Source: Octopus bimaculoides (lineage: Eukaryota). From it: a stretch of DNA of 64,000 nucleotides. The position numbers and the translations under genes were made by a program. Each line of letters opens with the position of its first letter. Position 1 is the first letter of the stretch. The stretch spans positions 121,052,033-121,116,032 of the forward strand of contig NC_068982.1 of NCBI RefSeq assembly GCF_001194135.2. Direction: 5' to 3'. Shown here one piece after another: positions 22,727-34,054 of the stretch. Below the pieces are notes generated by a model. That model was not told the origin of the DNA, searched no databases, and saw only the letters and a list, made by a program, of their open reading frames with translations.

Positions 22727-24084
22727 CATATAGATTTAATGTGTGCGCGCGTGCGCGTGTTTATATACACGTGTGCATGCGTGTTTATTGTTTATTTATG
22801 GTTATTAGTTTAAATAATTTCAGGAATAACAATACATTTATTGATGGGGAGACTCGATACTTAACGTAATATCCTATTTTCAAATTTGGCTTATACTTCG
22901 TTTCACCTGACGGGGTAATCAAACATGCATACGTATTGCTCTTGCAAGAGAGAGGAGTGGATTACTACTTCTTGAGCTGCTCTCTACAATTCGGATGAAC
23001 CATTTTTATAAAAATCTGTTATTCATGTACTTATTTCGGATATATGAATAACAATTTGTAGATGATATTGTGATACTGATGCCTTACCATAACTTGAACC
23101 GCTTCTTTTGTTTAATCTCAAATCAACTCTTGTGAAGTTATCTTTTCCGACACAGTATCTAGGATAACATGGATCTTTTCCTTTTCACTATCTAATGTGT
23201 TCCGTTTTGTTTTAAAGATAATCGAGAGTGATTTCAAGGAAATTTCACTGTTATATCTAGCAGGTCAGGTAACCATATAGAGGTTCCGTCGCACCGCTAG
23301 TGATTTTTGTTTGTTGTGTTGACCAAATAAGGCTCACGCCTGGCAGTGTAATCTGTACTTCAGTCCCATCACACGTATGCACTATGTCGGTTATCTCATA
23401 GTTTGTTTATATTTTGTAGTGAATAACATTTTTAGACTGTTATGTAGGTGCATGTGTAACTTTATTTTGATTTATATAATATCCACACACTACGTTTGTG
23501 TATGTGTGTGCGTGTTTTATCCTAGAGCTGCATATCTCTTCAACTAATCTATAAAAGTTTGAAGTGGACATTTAAAATTCCAGTCGTTTCTACCTATCTA
23601 ATGCTATTACTTCTCCATATAGGTAGTATTAATGGATCCAAGCCTCTATGGGCACTATCACCACACATCCTCCTTCAAGCTTACATTTTATAAGGCGCTT
23701 CGAATGTGTGTTCTCTCCATAATCCATATAGGTTTTCCCAGTCTATTTATATATTATGTAATAATTTCAGCGGAAAGCCGTGGCTGTTGTAGTAGTAGTA
23801 GTAGTAGTAGTAGTAGTGCTGAATGAAGTAATAGCAGCAGCAGCAGTGGTATGACTCGTAATTGCTGTAATTGTTTAAACTCACTACATACCACCACCGA
23901 CAGGCAACTAGTGTAAGTTCAGTACTGGGTAGTTGTGAGTCATAATTTGTAGTAATATCATTGTATGTGTACATGTGTCACTGCCCTGTATGGGTACTAC
24001 TGTTGTAGATGAAAAGGTGGCGGAGGTGGGGGGGGGCTGTTCCAGTCCCCCCCCCCCCGAGTTTAAACGACTGAAACTTTACAA

Positions 24085-24123
<39 letters not shown>

Positions 24124-24706
24124 CACATACACAGACAGTCGTAAAACACACGTTAATCGAGGCTTAGTTAAATATAGAGCATTAAACTATGGTAAGAATA
24201 CTAGCTTTAAGTGAGTTAAAAATAGTGCACCTAGAATGCAGCAAAACAAAGCAGTCGAGGTAAAAAAAAAAATACTTGTAGAAACCCGGTTAAAGTTTGC
24301 ATACATACGTAAAAAAGTATAATGCACTTTTTGTAACTCAGTTACACTTGGTATGTCTTCTAGTTTAATACTTTACATTTAATGAAGCTTATGTGTATGT
24401 ATAATCCAAAAGGTTTGGATTACACACACACACTTTATTCCTATGACAACCTTTATAGCTCCAGATAGTCTAGTATTTGGAGTACGCGCGTCGTATAGAA
24501 AAGAAACACGTGTATTTATGCTTTATATAATGTACACGTGTTTCAGAATGCTGGTCATCGTTAAATTACGTAATGGCCCTGTTGCGCGACAATGTTGCAG
24601 CCGTCATCCTTCGTCAGCATTATTGGCAAAACATACAACACAAATATGCTGGCCCTTATATACACCAGTGTGCAAAATAAGTACAATTGGGACATAATAA
24701 GCAACT

Positions 24707-24782
24707 GTCTCTGTGGGGCACAATCTGTTAGCGCGTTCGGCTGTTAACCGAAAGAGGGGTGGTTCGAGCCCAGCCAGGGATG
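24707..24782 (+). tRNA. tRNA-Asn(GTT) gene, probably damaged or pseudogenised, inside FNIP intron 1
   Basis: GTCTCTGTGG...TTAGCGCGTTCGGCTGTTAACCGAAAG...GGTGGTTCGAGCCCAGCCAGGGATG closely follows the canonical metazoan tRNA-Asn (recalled). Anticodon GTT at 24743-24745; T5 terminator at 24790-24794; no encoded CCA. D arm has a 2-nt insertion and GG>TG; the T stem has a G:G mismatch. Confidence 0.85.
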
Positions 24783-24797
24783 AGCTATCTTTTTATA

Positions 24798-25190
24798 GGT
24801 GCAGTAATGGCTGTGTGATAAGAAGTTCGCTTCCCAATCACATAGTTCCGGATTCAGTCCCACTGCGTAGCACCTTGATTGTCTTCTACTATAGCCTCGG
24901 ACCGACCAAAGCCTTGTTAGTGAATTTGGTGGACGGAAGCTGAAAGAAGACCGTCGTATATATGTATATATGTGTGTGTGTGTCTGATTTTTCTCCACCA
25001 CCGCTTGACAACCGATGTTGGTGTATTTATGTATCCTTAGCTTCGCGGGTCGGGAAAAGAACGAATAGAATAAATAACAAAAATTAAGTACTAGGGTCGA
25101 TTGGGGTCAATTCATTCGATTAAAATTCCTCAAGGCGGTGCCCCAGCATGGTCGCAGTCGAATAACTGAAACAAGTAAAAGATAAGAAAA
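24798..25190 (+). mobile_element. SINE family B, full length
   Basis: tRNA-like head (GGCTGTGTGATAAGAAG...GGATTCAGTCCC), CORE-like ACCTTG...GTCTTCTACTATAGCCTCGG, internal (TA)/(TG) tract, and GAAACAAGTAAAAGA tail. Confidence 0.85.
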
Positions 25191-25330
25191 TAGAAAGGAA
25201 GATCATCAAGGTCACGCTCCACCCAAAGTGTTCCGATTGAACTAAATACATTTACACACTCTCGCAAAAGCATACATACACGAATATAGTATGGGGGAGA
25301 GAGGAAAATATAGATCAAAAGTTTAGACCA

Positions 25331-25950
25331 ATGGTTTCAACTTTTGGTACAAGGCCAGCAATTTTAGGGGAGGGTTAAGTCGATTATATGGACGCTAGTG
25401 TTCAACTGATACTTATTTTATCGATCTCTGAACGGATGAAAGGCACAGTCAACGGAATTTGAACTCAGAACCCGAAGAAGCAGAAGAAATGCCGTTTAAC
25501 ATTTTGTCTGACGCTCAAACGGTTGTCAACTCGCTGCCTTAATTATCCTTTTTACTATAGGTATAAGGTCTGAAAAATTTTGGGGAGGGGGCCAGTCGAT
25601 TACATCGACCCCAGTGCTCAAATGGTATTTACTTCATCGACTCCGAAAAAATGAAAGACCAAGTCGACCTCAGCGGAATTTCAACTGAGAACGTAAAGAC
25701 GGATGAAAGGCTACTAAGCACTTTGTCCGGTGTCCTCACGATTCTGCCAGTTTATCGCCTTAATAATAATAATAATAATCCTTTCTACTGGAAGCACAAA
25801 GCCTCAAATTTTGGGGAAGGGATTAAGTCGATTACATCGACCCAGTGCGTAACTGATACTTATTTAATCGATCCGACCCCGGCGGAATTTGAAATTGGTG
25901 GGGAGAAGACCAGTCAATTACAACGACCCCAGTGCTCGACTGGTGCTTTA
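25331..25950 (-). mobile_element. Head-to-tail array of four SINE family A copies (two near full length, two truncated)
   Basis: Four repeats of GTCGATTACATCGACCCCAGTG..AACTG.TACTTA; junctions at (AAT)n-type tails. Confidence 0.8.
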
Positions 25951-27354
25951 TTTTATGGACTGACAAGCAGTGATGTGTGTGTGTGTGTGTATAAACGCAC
26001 AATCTCACATGAGTAACCATATGATTGAGTTGTGAAGTAAATGTGTAAGTGGTTTTGTTGAATGGCAAGTTGTGGACGCACACACACACACACACTCATA
26101 CACACTGTGGTTTCTACTTAATTGCATAAATTCGTTGGTCCTTATGCAGTTAATTTGTATAGTATATTGTCAGTTATAAGACCGTGACTATCTTTATACA
26201 TTTACAAACCAAATTAAAGCGGGTTTTTTTTTCCGAACCACATGTTCATGTGTTTCGTCTAGTTCAAGCTATTCATTTCCATGTATAAGAGTTTTCACTT
26301 TGATATTCTTCATTTAGCCAAGCCTAACTAGATTCATATGACCCGGCAATGAATTTAACAATTATAAAAACTTGGAACATATGGGTTAAGAAACTGATTT
26401 GAGTCAACTACAAGGTTAGCGTAGTTAGTTGAGAATGAAAACAACAAAATAGGCCTTAGCATGATACATAACTATCGTTTTGCAAATTGAAAAAGAAAGT
26501 ATTACACGATTAACGATAAGAAATTACACTAGAATCTGAACTTCGATAGTTTTTAATTAATTAAATTTAGTAAGAATGATTACGTTACACTTTTAACATC
26601 AGTTGTTTGTAAACATTGTAGTACTGACCTGCTAAGCAAACAACGACGTGCGTGCACGGGCACGCATAAATACACACACACACACATACACACACAATCT
26701 CGCCGCCCTAAACAGATACATAAACGAGGAGAACTCGTCGAAGAGTCAGAATATAATTATCAGCTTTGATGAAGAAACCTGTTTCTACAATTTAAGACAT
26801 CCATATATATATACACTCTAAAGAAATCATGTCGAGATTATCTAAATAATTCTATCTATCTCTATCTACACACACAAATGCGCGCACGCGCAACTGATTT
26901 CGTTACTGTGCCCCCAAAGCGTGGGTGGATGTTGCGCCTATCTTAATATGGTGTGTGGCTACCTTGAAATAGGAATGATGGTGATAGTAGTTGTAATCTT
27001 AGCAGAAGTGTTGATATCAGTGGTAATGGTGGTGGTTATGATAATAGTAGCAGTAGTAATGGTGGTAGTAATAATAATCCTTCGCCAGACATGGAGGCGG
27101 TGGCGATTACTGCAGGAGGAGGTGGGCGGTGGTATTTCTGTAAATTAATTTTCTCACATGGCGAGTCGCCATTTCTCTCTTGCCTTTCCCGTTATTTATA
27201 TTTGTTGCTTCGTTGCGTTACGGAAAAATATAACGAAATAAAATAAACAAATGGAAAATGACATCGTGTCAGTCAGTATACACTACGTACAGGTACTTCA
27301 AAAAGTACCTACATACTATTACACGCAAGTGCTCTTTATTTTGTTTGTAGCAAC

Positions 27355-27560
27355 GACATATTTTTCATCACCATCATCATTTAGCGATCATGTTCCGTGC
27401 TTGCATGGGTTAGGCGGTTTGAGAGGATCCGATTTGTGCAAGGATTGCATCGTGCTTCAATGTCTGCTTTGGCATGTTTTCTATGGCTGTATGCCCTTTT
27501 TAAAAACAACCAATTTACAACGTATGCTGAGTGCTTTTTTTCGTGCCAACAGCACTAGTG
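27355..27560 (-). mobile_element. RTE 3' UTR-type repeat
   Basis: (CAT)n then TTCCGTGCTTGCATGGGTT...GGCATGTTTTCTATGGCTGTATGCCCTT. Confidence 0.65.
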
Positions 27561-28119
27561 AGCTCGCCATGCTGGTCTAAAGGGTACAAACTCCAGGAGA
27601 GGTGGGTGGCAGGCTTTATGGACACGAGGGTTGAAGTATGAGGGAGTCAGCTGGCTCTTGTTGAGGAGCTGCATGACTAATCACTCTTAGTTGAGATGGA
27701 AAGAAATGATCAATAGGAGCTAGCTGCAAAAAGATAGACAGTGGCAGTCATATACTCAGGTGACCCTTAAAGACTCAAGGTGAGTGAAAATGGGTGGGTG
27801 GTTTGCAGGATTGTATTATGGTGAGGCAAATTGCAGGATTGTATGAGGGTATGATGAGGCATCTGTAAAAATTGGGTAGGATTGAAGGGTGGAGGACTAA
27901 TGAGCTGTAAGTTGGAGAAGATAGAGGGGTGCAGAAGAGAGTAGGTTGACAGGGAATGGCAGGATAGTGAAGATGATACATTTGATAGCGGGGTTGGTGA
28001 CAGGAAGGGCATCCAGCCATAGAAAATACACTAACAAATTTCATCTGACTCATGCGGTCATGGAAATGATGTTATACATAGTGACATATAAATATTTTAC
28101 CCCAGTATGCCTTTTTTTA

Positions 28120-28480
28120 AGCATGGTACTTATTCTGTTGGTCTCTTTTGCCAAACCACTAAGTTACAGTTGTCAAGCAGTGGTAGGGGACACAGACAAA
28201 ATGACACACACACATATACACAGTGGGTTTCCTTCAGTTTCTGTCTACCATATCCACTCATAAGGCTTTGGTCAGCCTGAGACTAGTAGAAGACACTTGC
28301 TTAAACTGTCACGCAGCTATAAGAGTGGCTGTGTGGTAGGTAGCTTGCTTACCAACCAGATGGTTCCGGGTTCAGGCCCATTGCGTAGCACCTTGGGCAA
28401 GTGTCTTCTACTATAGTTTCGGGTCAACCAAAGCCTTGTGAGTGTATTTGGTAGATGGAAACTGAAAGAAGCCCATCGTA
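28120..28480. mobile_element. Back-to-back inverted pair of SINE family B copies (minus ~28120-28315, plus ~28325-28480)
   Basis: AAGGCTTTGGTCAGCC...TAGTAGAAGACACTTGC followed within ~100 nt by GCAAGTGTCTTCTACTA...AACCAAAGCCTT. Confidence 0.8.
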
Positions 28481-30539
28481 TGTTTTTGATATTCCCCAGT
28501 AGTTATGAGATGTTTGAGTGAATAAATATTGCACACCCTGTACTCCCCTGTAATAGTGCTACTTTATCTGTTGTGTTGACTGCACTCATTTTGCCAAACT
28601 AGCTAAGGGTATCTGTAATCCAAACTGCATTTACAGAAGACACTACACTCTAAAAAATGTCCATATACCATCAAACTAAAAATTACAGACAGCGGACCTG
28701 TAATCTAGATTCATTAATAAAATACTCTACACTCTCAGAAATGCCAACACAGTTTCCTTTGATGCCATCACATGTTCTTCAGCTTTTCAATATCTGCTGT
28801 GCTGAGGATGAGTGAACTTCAGTTTTCTCATAAACCACCGAAACACTACTGTGATTTCTGAGATGTTAAGCTATACAAAGAATTCTTAGCTCCTAGATAT
28901 GATGTTAGTTTATTATTGGTACCTTCTTCCTTGAATTTCTGGTACTTCTGTTCTTGACAGCCAGATGAATTGGGGTGTGTAGAATAAAGTTTCTTTCCTT
29001 GAACACAAAACAACTACAATGGATTTGGCTCTCAGACTGAGAGTTCATCATATATCCATTTAGCCATTTCACTCTTCCAGTTGATTGGAAGATTGATGTG
29101 CTTGACGTTCATCTAAAGGACCCTGTAAGCCAGTGTTTGGAAAAGTGTTGGCAGGTGTTTGAATTGCAGTTTGTGATTGGAAGAATTGGGAAAAATATTT
29201 GATGCAGGATTTGGGCAATGAGAAACAATAAGAATGACAATAGAAATATGTAGAACAAGTGTACCTGGGTAACATTGGTATAGAGCTAGGTAATTCAGAA
29301 GATAAAAGCCAGACATTAGCTTCTGACTAATCAGTGGATGATGCTTGAAACCATTTCACTTTGAACATTGTTAATGTCATTTAGAGAAGCAAGAATGTTG
29401 CATCCTTTTTCATATAAATCATATAGCCTAAATAAGAAATCATTTTTTAAAGGTATGTGAAAATGTATGTCAACAAATTGAACTAGTTAAAATTTAAGCT
29501 GTTTGTTTTGGTACTGAGGTAGGCTGATTTAAGCTGTTTTAGTACTAATGTGGGTTTGTTGTTTCAAGGTACATTTTTTTTATTTTGGAACCGAGTGGGT
29601 TAGTAGTTTTAAGTAATGTGTTTTGGTATCAAACCAATTTTTATGCTATTTTTTTTCATACTATGTTGTTTGGAGTTCAAAACACGGTATAGGAGTTATA
29701 TAGAAATAATAGTGATACAGGACAATTGATTTAACTGATCTTCAGTATTTTGAACTGTAAAGTAAAATCACTAAAGAAGTTTATCTATAGCATTGTGTTA
29801 GCTGTGCCAAAACTAGGAAGTTAATTCATAACATCTTGTGTTACTCTCTGTTAGCTATGCCACTTGTCTGTCTATCTTGTCCTCTTTAACATACCTTCAA
29901 AACTAGCTTTGATTAAACTTCTATCTGCTCTGTTTGCATAAGTGTGTGTGTATGCACATCTGCAGATGTAATAGATACAGTAAGAATAAAGACAATACAA
30001 AAGTTATGTAAACAAAAAAATCTCACTTTAAAACAAATTTGAGTTTGCATGTGAGAGATGAAGGGTGTATGATTGTGATTTCTTCATGAAGTTATCCAAG
30101 ACTTTAGGCAGTTCCCATCTTTGACCAGGTTTATAGAAATTACCATGAAATGTTAGAGCACTTTTGATTTTCTCATTCAAAAGATATATCAGTGGAGTAT
30201 TCTCTTCATCAGCAATTGACTGAAGGTTACTAGGATATTGGTAGCTTCAGACAGTATAACTCTGAGTGGTGCAAGAGTTACTAGTGAATGTGCTGGTTCT
30301 TTTGACCTACGTTGTAGCAAGCTTTCCTCCTCCCCAGTTATCCATGCAGTCACTACACCAAACCAAGGACAGCTGTAACCACTCCAAGCAGGCAACAACT
30401 ATTTTGTTTTACTATTAATTGAAGGTTAATTCTTTGCTCTTAGCTTGGATATTTCTCTCTCAAATGCCTGTACCATGTCTATAGTGAGGCATTTTCTGCT
30501 TCCTTCTCTTGTTCCTAAATCTCTCCTCTAATATCATTC

Positions 30540-30720
30540 CTATCTTCCATGTCCACTTGGTTGGTCATGGCTACATCTTACCTTACTTTGAAGCATGATA
30601 CATTGCTATCAGGCTCCTCCTTTCATATACTTTATCTTCACAGGTTACTTTCAACTCAACAATTAAAATATTTTTTGTCAAGTCAGACTATGTCAAATGG
30701 AAGTAATGTTTTCTCTATTG
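30540..30720 (-). mobile_element. Possible decayed restriction-like endonuclease domain of an RLE-class non-LTR element (NeSL/HERO-like)
   Basis: With one frameshift: PFDIV*LDKK/ILIVELKVTCEDKVYERRSLIAMYH, resembling RPDIV...IIIELTVPWEE.I..A.ERK..KY. Highly degenerate. Confidence 0.3.
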
Positions 30721-30899
30721 CAATATGGATTGGGGACACTTCTTCTTACTACTGTGTCTTAGTTTCTTTTTAGTGTTTGTTTTCATATACTTGTGTGAGT
30801 GTGTGTACTCACGGCCCTCAGCCCCTGAAGGAAACCTGTCTGGAGTTGCTGCCACAATATCCATAATCAATCTGTGACTGTTGATAGGAAATGTGACCA

Positions 30900-31208
30900 T
30901 CTATATATATAAAAATGAGAATGTGTGTCTGTCTGTCTGTGTGAATCCCTAAAACTCGAGAACTACGCAACCAATTTCATTCAAATTTTACAGATGCCTT
31001 ACTTAGGGTTCCAGTTGTGTTTTAGTCAAAAAAAATTTAACTTCTTGCAGAGTTCGAGCCCACGGCAACATAATATCTCCTCCACTATTTAAGTATTACG
31101 TGTCAAAAGTGAAACAAAAACACTCATGTCAAATACTTTCACTTTAAAAATGAAACTATTCTACTAACTGAAACAATCACATTTCGATACTGTAATGACA
31201 GATACTTT

Positions 31209-31250
<42 letters not shown>

Positions 31251-32290
31251 NNNNNNNNNNNNNNNNNNNNNNNNNNNNNNNNNNNNNNNNNNNNNNNNNN
31301 NNNNNNNNNNNNNNNNNNNNNNNNNNNNNNNNNNNNNNNNNNNNNNNNNNNNNNNNNNNNNNNNNNNNNNNNNNNNNNNNNNNNNNNNNNNNNNNNNNNN
31401 NNNNNNNNNNNNNNNNNNNNNNNNNNNNNNNNNNNNNNNNNNNNNNNNNNNNNNNNNNNNNNNNNNNNNNNNNNNNNNNNNNNNNNNNNNNNNNNNNNNN
31501 NNNNNNNNNNNNNNNNNNNNNNNNNNNNNNNNNNNNNNNNNNNNNNNNNNNNNNNNNNNNNNNNNNNNNNNNNNNNNNNNNNNNNNNNNNNNNNNNNNNN
31601 NNNNNNNNNNNNNNNNNNNNNNNNNNNNNNNNNNNNNNNNNNNNNNNNNNNNNNNNNNNNNNNNNNNNNNNNNNNNNNNNNNNNNNNNNNNNNNNNNNNN
31701 NNNNNNNNNNNNNNNNNNNNNNNNNNNNNNNNNNNNNNNNNNNNNNNNNNNNNNNNNNNNNNNNNNNNNNNNNNNNNNNNNNNNNNNNNNNNNNNNNNNN
31801 NNNNNNNNNNNNNNNNNNNNNNNNNNNNNNNNNNNNNNNNNNNNNNNNNNNNNNNNNNNNNNNNNNNNNNNNNNNNNNNNNNNNNNNNNNNNNNNNNNNN
31901 NNNNNNNNNNNNNNNNNNNNNNNNNNNNNNNNNNNNNNNNNNNNNNNNNNNNNNNNNNNNNNNNNNAAGTAAATGAGACACATCTTTGCCTCCACTGATT
32001 CACTTGCAAAGTGTTGAGTAAAATTATTTCGTTGCAGACCTCCTTTGGGTCTTTTTATTATCACTGCGACACACATAGTCCCCAGTTGGTAACATTGATT
32101 TCAAGGCCCTCCTAGATGAGAGACTGGCATTCCACTTAATGTCTATGTTCCATGCTGGCATGGATTGGAGAGTTATTAAGGTAGAAATATGGTATCGTAA
32201 CTACTAACAGTTGAGGGTTGCGTAGTCTAGACGCCGTTTTTAGATTTCATTATTCTCTTTAACCCGGGCAAAGCCGGGTATTTCTGCTAG
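30900..32290 (+). mobile_element. Non-autonomous Helitron containing a (GA)n tract and a 716-N gap
   Basis: A|TCTATATATATAAAAATG 5' end; subterminal hairpin ACCCGG-GCAAAG-CCGGGT at 32262-32279; CTAG|T 3' end; A/T insertion site and no TSD. Linking the two ends across the gap is an inference. Confidence 0.8.
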
Positions 32291-32468
32291 TTGTAACTAA
32301 TTCCATCCTAGCCTCTGAGGCAATGTAACAAGTTATTAGCAATGCTGTCATGTCACTGAAGACTATTGTTAGATCTGTTTAGGTTATGCATAACTTAATA
32401 GGAACTATTAATTCTCTGCCTAGACACCACCAACTTGTTGGGGTTAAGACTTCTGTTTTCTTCATTAG

Positions 32469-32681
32469 CCCTTTAGCATTTAGATTGCTTTATCAAATGT
32501 TACGCTTATTTATTTTAATTGTTTTGAATTAATCATGTATTGTGTTGTAGCTTTATGATTCCAACTGATGCAATTGTTTATTTTCAGAATTACATTGTAA
32601 TGAGAGGTCAGATCTGGCTGGTTTAAACTTAAAGCATGTAGAATATTTAGTCTGGATATGGCCAGTTTAAATGCTATAGGG
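32469..32681. mobile_element. piggyBac-type MITE (TTAA target)
   Basis: TTAG|CCCTTTAGCATTTA ... TAAATGCTATAGGG|TTAA; inverted relative to the copy at 51510-51717. Confidence 0.75.
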
Positions 32682-32849
32682 TTAAAAGAAGAAACTCAAA
32701 TTTTTTTTCTTCTAGAATATGAAGAAGGTATTGCTTGTAAAAGGTCTCAAGAGCCTCCACCAGTTAGCATTGAATTATAAAATGGTTTCAAGAAGTCCTG
32801 TACTCTACAGCAGAAGTGTCAAGTTCATTCCTCCTGGTGAAGAGGATTG

Positions 32850-33105
32850 GCATGTAGGAATCTTGTGCTGGTGCCACGTAAAAGGCACTCATGCCGGTGG
32901 TACATAAAAGTGCTCGTGCAGTGTCATGTAAAAGCACCCAGCACACTATAAAGTGGTTGGCATTTGGAAGTGCATCCAGCCATAGAAACCATGCCAAACC
33001 AGATGGGAGCCTGGTGCAGCTCTCCAGCTTACCAGCTCTGGCCAAACCATCCAACTCATGCCAGCATGCACAACGGCCGTTAAATGAGTGGATGATGATG
33101 ATGAT
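32850..33105 (+). mobile_element. RTE 3' UTR-type repeat
   Basis: GTGGTTGGCATTTGGAAGTGCATCCAGCCATAGAAACC...CAACTCATGCCAGCATG...GTTAAA...(GAT)n. Confidence 0.8.
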
Positions 33106-33699
33106 GCTAATGAAAAACTTGTGCAGAAATGGAAGAATATTGGATGACATTCTGAGTTTCAAATTGGGCCACTTTCAAATTCATTCATCTTCTGAGGGTC
33201 AAATTCTGACCCAGTGTACCAGTCAATTATTCAGGAGAATTTAACTCACAAACTTCCTCTTGCCTCTTGGGCTACAATAGAAATTCAAGATCAGCTAATT
33301 AATTTATGAATGTTGTATAACAGTAATTAAAATGAAAAGGATGACTTAATTAGTTGCCTCTGATTTTAATTTATTTCTCTACAGTAATATTTTTGTGGAA
33401 AGTTAATTGTCATGTTGACCCTTGATTTACAAAACACATAATGAAAACATTTACTCTCTGTTGCTTTCTTTTTCCACCCCTTATCTTTATATATATATAT
33501 ATATATATATAGGTTGACACACACATATAGGTTGACAGATATGTGTGCAAGGCACAGCTGTTGTACTCTGTGCAAACTATGGATGCAGTAGAGGTGTAGT
33601 GAAATCACAGGCAGGCTAATAGAGAAAGCAAACTTTGTATGTTGCAGATGCATAGGAACAATTGGCACCAAGAGCCATTGGAAATAGTTCTTTGCAAAT

Positions 33700-33900
33700 G
33701 ACTGGAAGGTTCCCTAGAAGTAGTTTATAGCTTCTGTTACCTAGGTGACATAATTAGCACTGGAGGAAAAGGTTTTGAACTGTAGTAGCTAAAATAAGAA
33801 AGATTTGGTCAAAGTTTGGGTAGTTAGTACTTGTTCTGGTAATAAACATGTTCTTCCTCAGTGTAAAAGGCAGGCTGTGATGCTTGTGTATTAAGTACAA
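33700..33900 (+). mobile_element. Degenerate RTE ORF fragment
   Basis: SLEVVYSFCYLGDIISTGG...VVAKIRK.WSKF...SVKGRL.DACV. Confidence 0.65.
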
Positions 33901-34054
33901 AGAATTATGCAATAAGGTACTTTGCTTGAAAACAAATAAGAGTTGGCATCAGGAAGAGCACCCAGCCAGTGAATAATGCTTCAAGAAATCGTATGTAATG
34001 CATTGAAAATTGAAAAAGCATTGAAAAAGCAAATATAAATGTTGTTGTTGTTGT

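Noticed and set aside
24572-24680. ATG-initiated 35-codon ORF (MALLRDNVAAVILRQHYW...) in a CpG-rich patch
   Set aside because: Terminates without a convincing donor and shows no similarity I recognise; the CpG richness may relate to the adjacent tRNA locus.
28600-30400. Faint LINE-like peptide words on both strands
   Set aside because: Strand assignments conflict and matches are too degenerate to call.
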